A stretch of 64,000 nucleotides of DNA from contig LSRY02000032.1 of NCBI GenBank assembly GCA_001643675.2, forward strand, positions 1,054,001 to 1,118,000, given 5' to 3'. This DNA is from Monocercomonoides exilis PA203 (lineage: Eukaryota; Protista; Preaxostyla). The position numbers were made by a program, and so were the translations under genes. A model generated the notes under the pieces. That model saw only the letters and a list, made by a program, of their open reading frames with translations, did no database searches and was not told the origin of the DNA. This document shows, piece by piece, positions 59,080-64,000 of this stretch; position 1 is the stretch's first letter, and each line of letters begins with the position of its first letter.

Positions 59080-60537
59080 GGCAATAACTGAAGATATGGG
59101 AACTCCTGGAATAAGTTTATTTCTGTTTCTAATGATTTATTATTTATTATTATGTAATTATTATCTCCTAAAAACATGCGAAAACTGGTCAAAAAATATA
59201 ATATTTATTTTTTGAAAAAATGTGATTTTGAAGAATTAATGGGTTTGATCACACATACAACAAATGTCTTTATCACACCGAATGTTCACAAAAACACCTA
59301 TTTGTGAACTCAACGATATATTTTCGGATGAAATGGGTGCTTTGAAATGGTATTTCGAAAATGTGCTGGAAGGAGAAGCTCCAGAATGCAGACTGATAAA
59401 TGCAAAATGATATTCAGATCTGGGAGGAAATATTACAAATATTGGAGATGCGGAAAATGTGGCAAAAAACAGTCAGTTTTTAAAAACACATCTTTGGAAA
59501 ATTCGAAAATACCACTGAGAAAGTATTTGATGATTGTTTTGTATTATTACATTGGAATATCAGCCGCATACATTTGTGAACTGCTTGGAATAAGTGAAAA
59601 CACAATACATTATTGGACGAGTGTTATTCGAGTCAGATGCACATCAATTTGGAACAAAAATCAAGCTGTCATAGGAGAGCTGGGAAGAATTGTGGAGATC
59701 GACGAAGCGGTTTGGAGGCGCAGAAAGTGTGGACGAGGGAAAATGAAGAGGCAAATTTGGATATTTGGTGTTGTGGAAAGGAAACCAGAGGGAGGTGCGG
59801 GAAAGAACTTTGTGATGATTGTGCCAAATAGGAAGGCTGGGACATTGGTTCCAATTATACGAGACAAAATTCCTCCTGGAACTCGGATTATGAGCGATGA
59901 ATGGAAGGGTTATGCCAGATTGAAAGGTTATTGTAATGCTCATGAAGCTGTCTGTCACAAGCGAGAATTCAAAAACAAAATTACACATGCCTGCACAAAC
60001 ACTGTCGAAGGTTTGAGGAAGAATTTACGGTAATTTTTTCCAAGAACTGGATGCAGAGAAAAGTATCTTGGGGACTATTTATCTATGTGGCTGGTCAGAA
60101 GAAATTTGCAAATACAATTTGAGGAATTAATAAAAGAAATCGTCTTCGATTTAACGGAAAAAGAAAACGAATTGGGAGAATTTGAAAGTGAAGAAAGTGA
60201 CTCGACAGAATCAGAGCTAGAATCTGATATATTAGATGAAAATGACATTCTTCAAATGACAGAATTTGAAGAATCAGATTCACTTGGAGCTGGGGACTGT
60301 GCAAGTGCATCAGAATTTGACCCCATGGAAATTGATTAATTATTTTTTTTTTAAATTCTTATTTTTTATAATTCATTCATCCATTTTTCCTCATTTATTT
60401 TTGTATTTATTTTTTTTTTGACTTTTTTGTCAACTTCTGCACATCTCCGATGCATGAAAACATGATGTATATTATTAACATTCCTCATATATTAATTTCA
60501 CGGAAAAATGGCCATTCCTATATAATGCAGTCTTGCC
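59080..60537 (+). mobile_element. Merlin (IS1595/ISXO2-like) DNA transposon, 1458 bp
   Basis: Perfect 8-bp TSD ATCGACTC at 59072-59079 and 60538-60545; imperfect ~23-bp TIRs GGCAATAACTGAAGATATGGGAA / GGCAAGACTGCATTATATAGGAA; internal DDE transposase. Confidence 0.93.
59264..60339 (+). pseudogene. Disrupted ISXO2-like DDE transposase
   Basis: MSLSH..IFSDEMGALKWY..APECRL, frameshift near 59395, then YWRCGKCGKKQS..VEIDE..IWIFGVVER..IMSDEWKGY..VCH..TNTVEG, in-frame TAA 60031-60033, then FFPRTG..YLGDYLSMWLVRRN and an acidic tail. Confidence 0.88.
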
Positions 60538-60990
60538 ATCGACTCTCAAAATCTCCACAATTTGATGTTCGTTTCAAATTAAAGAAAAAAAAACATTCGG
60601 GTTATTTTTTTCACTTCATGAGAAAAATAGGATAAAAAAAAAAAACCCAAAGATTTCATTGCGTTAATCCTTCATAATTGTGTATAAGTGTTTTTATTGC
60701 ATTAGTATCAATTTTATTACAGTTTTGGAAAAATATAATTGTTTTAGTGCATGTTTAACTTTTTTTCCTTGATTATAGAAAAATCTCGTTTTGAGAAACA
60801 TCTAATTAATATCTTTATAATAACAAATTCATGATTATATTTATCTGTTATAAAAAGGAACTCTCTTTACCTATAAAAAATAAAAACTATATTATTAAAG
60901 AATTTTTTTATTTTAATTTGTTTAAACAACATATGAAATGGTACTCCCGCAACATAAAAACAAAATGGCTTAACTGCAAGAGTTAAACAA

Positions 60991-61626
60991 TTACGCATAT
61001 GTTTTTTCACTCACATTCAGAAGGACGCCCAACCACATAATCGAAAAAATGAAGCTGAACAAACATATTTCAAAAATTAAAAAGTAAGAAATCTTGCAAA
61101 CCCAGTTAATGCTGAAACACCATCTATTGAAGCTCCAGTTGCGAGCACAGCTAAAATACTAACGAGAGCTAAATTATAATAAAAGAAAATCAAAATGAAA
61201 TTTTAAAATTCAAATAAATGCATCATTGAAAATTTGAAAAATAATTACAAATTGATGCAAAAAAATTATCATTCAAGTGATTTGAAATAAAACCGACATA
61301 CTTGATGTCCATCCAACTTTGTAGTGCAATTCAGCAATTTCAATAAAATTACCAATAAACTATAACAAAAACAGAAATCATATAAATTCAATGATTACTA
61401 CGTTAATACAATTAGTTATTTACAAATGACATACGGTAAGAATCAAAGGACACAACAATGAGCAACAAAATCCACCAAGTGCCGCAAACATTGCATTTTT
61501 CGAGAAGATATTGCTCATGATTTCACAAGCCGCAAAAATAAACATAGCACATAAGAGTGAAATCATGATTGATGTTTGTGCCGAAACTGAAGAACGTGAA
61601 GCAGAAGAAACTTTATGATGATACAT
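60991..61626 (-). CDS. KRTCAP2: Keratinocyte-associated protein 2 (KCP2), oligosaccharyltransferase accessory subunit, 4 exons
   Basis: ..TSIMISLLCAMFIFAACEI..LGGFCCSLLCPLILT|FIGNF..KVGWTS|TLVSILAVLATGASIDGVSALTG|FIFSIMWLGVLLNVSEKTYA*; three GT-AG introns; four hydrophobic segments; GG..S.L...LT..GN and GW motifs. Confidence 0.75.
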
Positions 61627-61852
61627 GTTATTTGCACTTGAAATTTGGGAAAAGATCAATGTTCATCCAAATGAAAAACATATTCTGTTCAATAACCATG
61701 TCAAAATTTGTAATTCATAAAATCTAATAAAGGAAAAATAAGTTCATGTAACTAATATTAACATAAAATTAAAGATATCCTGAAATTAAAAAAAGTATTT
61801 GTGTGAAATACTAAACCTTATTTAATTATTTAAAAATTTGGGAAAATTTAAA

Positions 61853-64000
61853 ATGTCTGATTCTTCTGTGAAAGAGGAACCAGATCATTTTTTTGTGATA
61901 TCTCAGTGGGATGGAAGGACATTTCGCATAGGATTATCGCAAAGTCATACATGTGCAACAATTAGTGTACAGAAAATTAAGCAAAGACTTTCAACTTTGC
62001 TTCACATTAATGAAGAAGGTAATAACGAATTTAAATTCTAAAAAATATATACAAAAGATAATTTCTATTATCCATTTTAAATTTAGAATTATATTTAGTG
62101 CATAATGGATTTATTTTGGATGAAAACTCATTAGGAAGCGATTTTGGTTTAATTTCTGGAGGTGAGATTTTGCTATTCAAAAAAAAGATCAAATCCAGTC
62201 AACGGCATGCTGTTAATGATGCAAGCATTTCGCAATCCATTCAAAATCGTGAAAATGAATTTAGAACATCAACAGTAAATCCTATTAAAAATGAAACAAT
62301 AAATGAAACAAAACCAAAAACTCCTCCTTTAACGAGTTCAAAGCCGCCACTTCCTCCTTCAAAGAAAAAGTTTGCAGAATCTTCATTTTCTGAAAAAGAA
62401 AGAAAGGAATTATCCAAACAAATTGACGAAGCAAAGGAGGAACTTGAAATGCTTCAAAATTTAATTGAAGAAAAAGAAACATTGGAAAAAGAACAAACAG
62501 CTCGACAAAAAGAACATTTTGACGAATCAATGGAAAACATTACCCAGAAGTGGAGAAGAGAGCAAGGTATAATCTCTATCTCAAAAACATTTTTATTTCT
62601 GAATATGATTTTTGACACTAACAATCCTTCTAATTTTCCTTCTCCTTGACTTATTGAATCATTTCGTTTTGAATACGCTTAGAATTAATAAAATCTCGTT
62701 GGAACGAAGATCGCATAACTTTCCAAGAAGAGGCACAAAGACTGATGAAAAGAAGTGAAATTGACAAGGAGCTGGAAAAAGAAACAGAGGAAAACTCTGA
62801 AAAGAAGGAGGAGATCTACGCAGAAGGCATATTGTGGAATAAAATACACAACCAATGCTCGATTACTCCGCAGAATGTGGCCGAAGAGCTTCAAACGTAT
62901 CAGAAACGTTGCGAGTATGAGATGTCACAAGAGAATGTGTTGAATGAAATGATAGAACTTGCTTCAAACCAAGCTCAGTGCAGAGGAACAACAAATCAAT
63001 TCGGATTAGCAGCTGTTTTGGACGACATGGAACAAGAAATTATCAACCAACAAGAAGCTCTTCAAGCTGAATTTGAGAGAGTTAAAGAACTTGAAACTCG
63101 CACAGCTTCATTGCTGACAAAGGAAATAGAAGAAATGATACGAGTGAGAGAAGAAGAAAGCAGCATTATTGGTCGCTGTTGCACTGTTGCCTGCGAAGTT
63201 GAAGCTGAAGAAGGATCAGATGGTCGCCGTGACAGGCAGAGATGGGACTTTGATCGGTACAGAGATGAGTATGTCTGTGTCACTCTCCTTCCAACAGGAG
63301 AAATACGAGTTGAAACACCAAATTTTGCTTCTGCTTCTGATGACGACTTTTCTTTCAGCACCACACAGTCACTTTCATCTTCAATGCAGCCTGAAAGTCT
63401 TGATGCTGCACAATCACCTCAGATAAAATCATTCAAATTTCATCATGTTCTAACGTCATGTCAGAACTTTCAATCAACATCAACTGCTGAACAGCACAAA
63501 AGCAGTTCTTTTTCAAAACAAATCGATTATTTTACTGGTGCTTCAAGCAATGATTTGTCATTCACGAAGCCAATTGCTCAAGATGTGTTTTGTGGGCGCA
63601 GTTGCTGTGTGTTTTCTTTGGGCTCTTCGTCATTAGCAGAGAAGCCGTCTCGTTCGAAATCGTATTCTTCTTCATTTTCATCACTTAAACAAAAACCTTC
63701 CAATTCTTTTCAACCATCCCAAGAGTTTTTCTCATTTGACAATCCTTCACAAGCAATGAAGCAATCATATTCTCCTTCGCTTTTTGAAACACTTTCATTG
63801 AAAGAATTAAATCCTCAAGGATCATCTGATGCCAAATCTCAGAGCAGCACAAGTATTTTCTCATCTGTTATGAGTGAGCTTTTTCGGCTGTTGTGTGCGA
63901 ATGATAGAAATAGTTGTAATTCTGCAACGCAAACAGGTTCTTTTGTGCAGTCATCGCAATTTCCACAAAAGTCTTCAAAACAACATTTGGCATCACACGA
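61853..64000 (+). CDS. Ubiquitin-like N-terminal domain + coiled-coil protein, 3'-partial
   Basis: MSDSS..FFVISQWDGRTFRI..SVQKIKQRLSTLLHINEE|ELYLVHNGFILDENSLGSDFGLISGGEILL (beta-grasp pattern); introns 62019-62086 and 62567-62682; third exon is coiled-coil then Ser-rich and appears open to the edge. Confidence 0.7.

Noticed and set aside
60031-60033. In-frame TAA in the transposase (and TAG at 34982) as stop-to-Gln reassignment, as in some oxymonads
   Set aside because: ABCC, PTB, KCP2 and SPF30-like end in TAA and importin in TAG at their expected C-termini, long ORFs have no internal TAR, and the transposase also has a frameshift. Ordinary decay fits better.
1-64000. tRNA, rRNA, snRNA or prokaryotic operon features
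   Set aside because: None recognised by eye; tRNAscan-SE and Infernal would be needed to exclude divergent ncRNAs.

Overview
Eukaryotic, intron-containing, AT-rich protist DNA read with the standard genetic code (TAA, TAG and TGA all end conserved genes). Gene families and poly-Ser style point to an oxymonad such as Monocercomonoides; this is inference. About 15 intact genes were reconstructed by hand, several missed or fragmented by the ORF track: a beta-helix surface protein running off the left edge, a SPRY-like protein, TMEM230, an importin-4/5, an ABCC/MRP transporter, AMPK beta, PTB/hnRNP-L, a ~4030-aa giant protein, a Tudor-less SPF30-like protein, Puf6/PUM3, KRTCAP2 and a ubiquitin-like coiled-coil protein. 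There are two copies of a lineage-specific helical family, one with a premature stop, and scrambled surface-protein relics. Mobile DNA: a decayed Merlin/IS1595-type transposon with a perfect 8-bp TSD, plus several MITEs (a pogo-like one, a Tc1/mariner-like foldback, and a set with GG..CC ends at ATAT sites) clustered in two gene-free islands at about 29.3-34 kb and 57.4-60.9 kb. The strongest candidate for an undescribed system is the giant protein. It carries 15 full copies of an unrecognised ~20-aa repeat, Y[ND]xxGYxxxxGx[VLI]TGxx[ED][LMV], in an acidic disordered array built from ~1.9-kb units with patchwork blocks that look identical. All exon boundaries and identities were read by eye and have not been computed.
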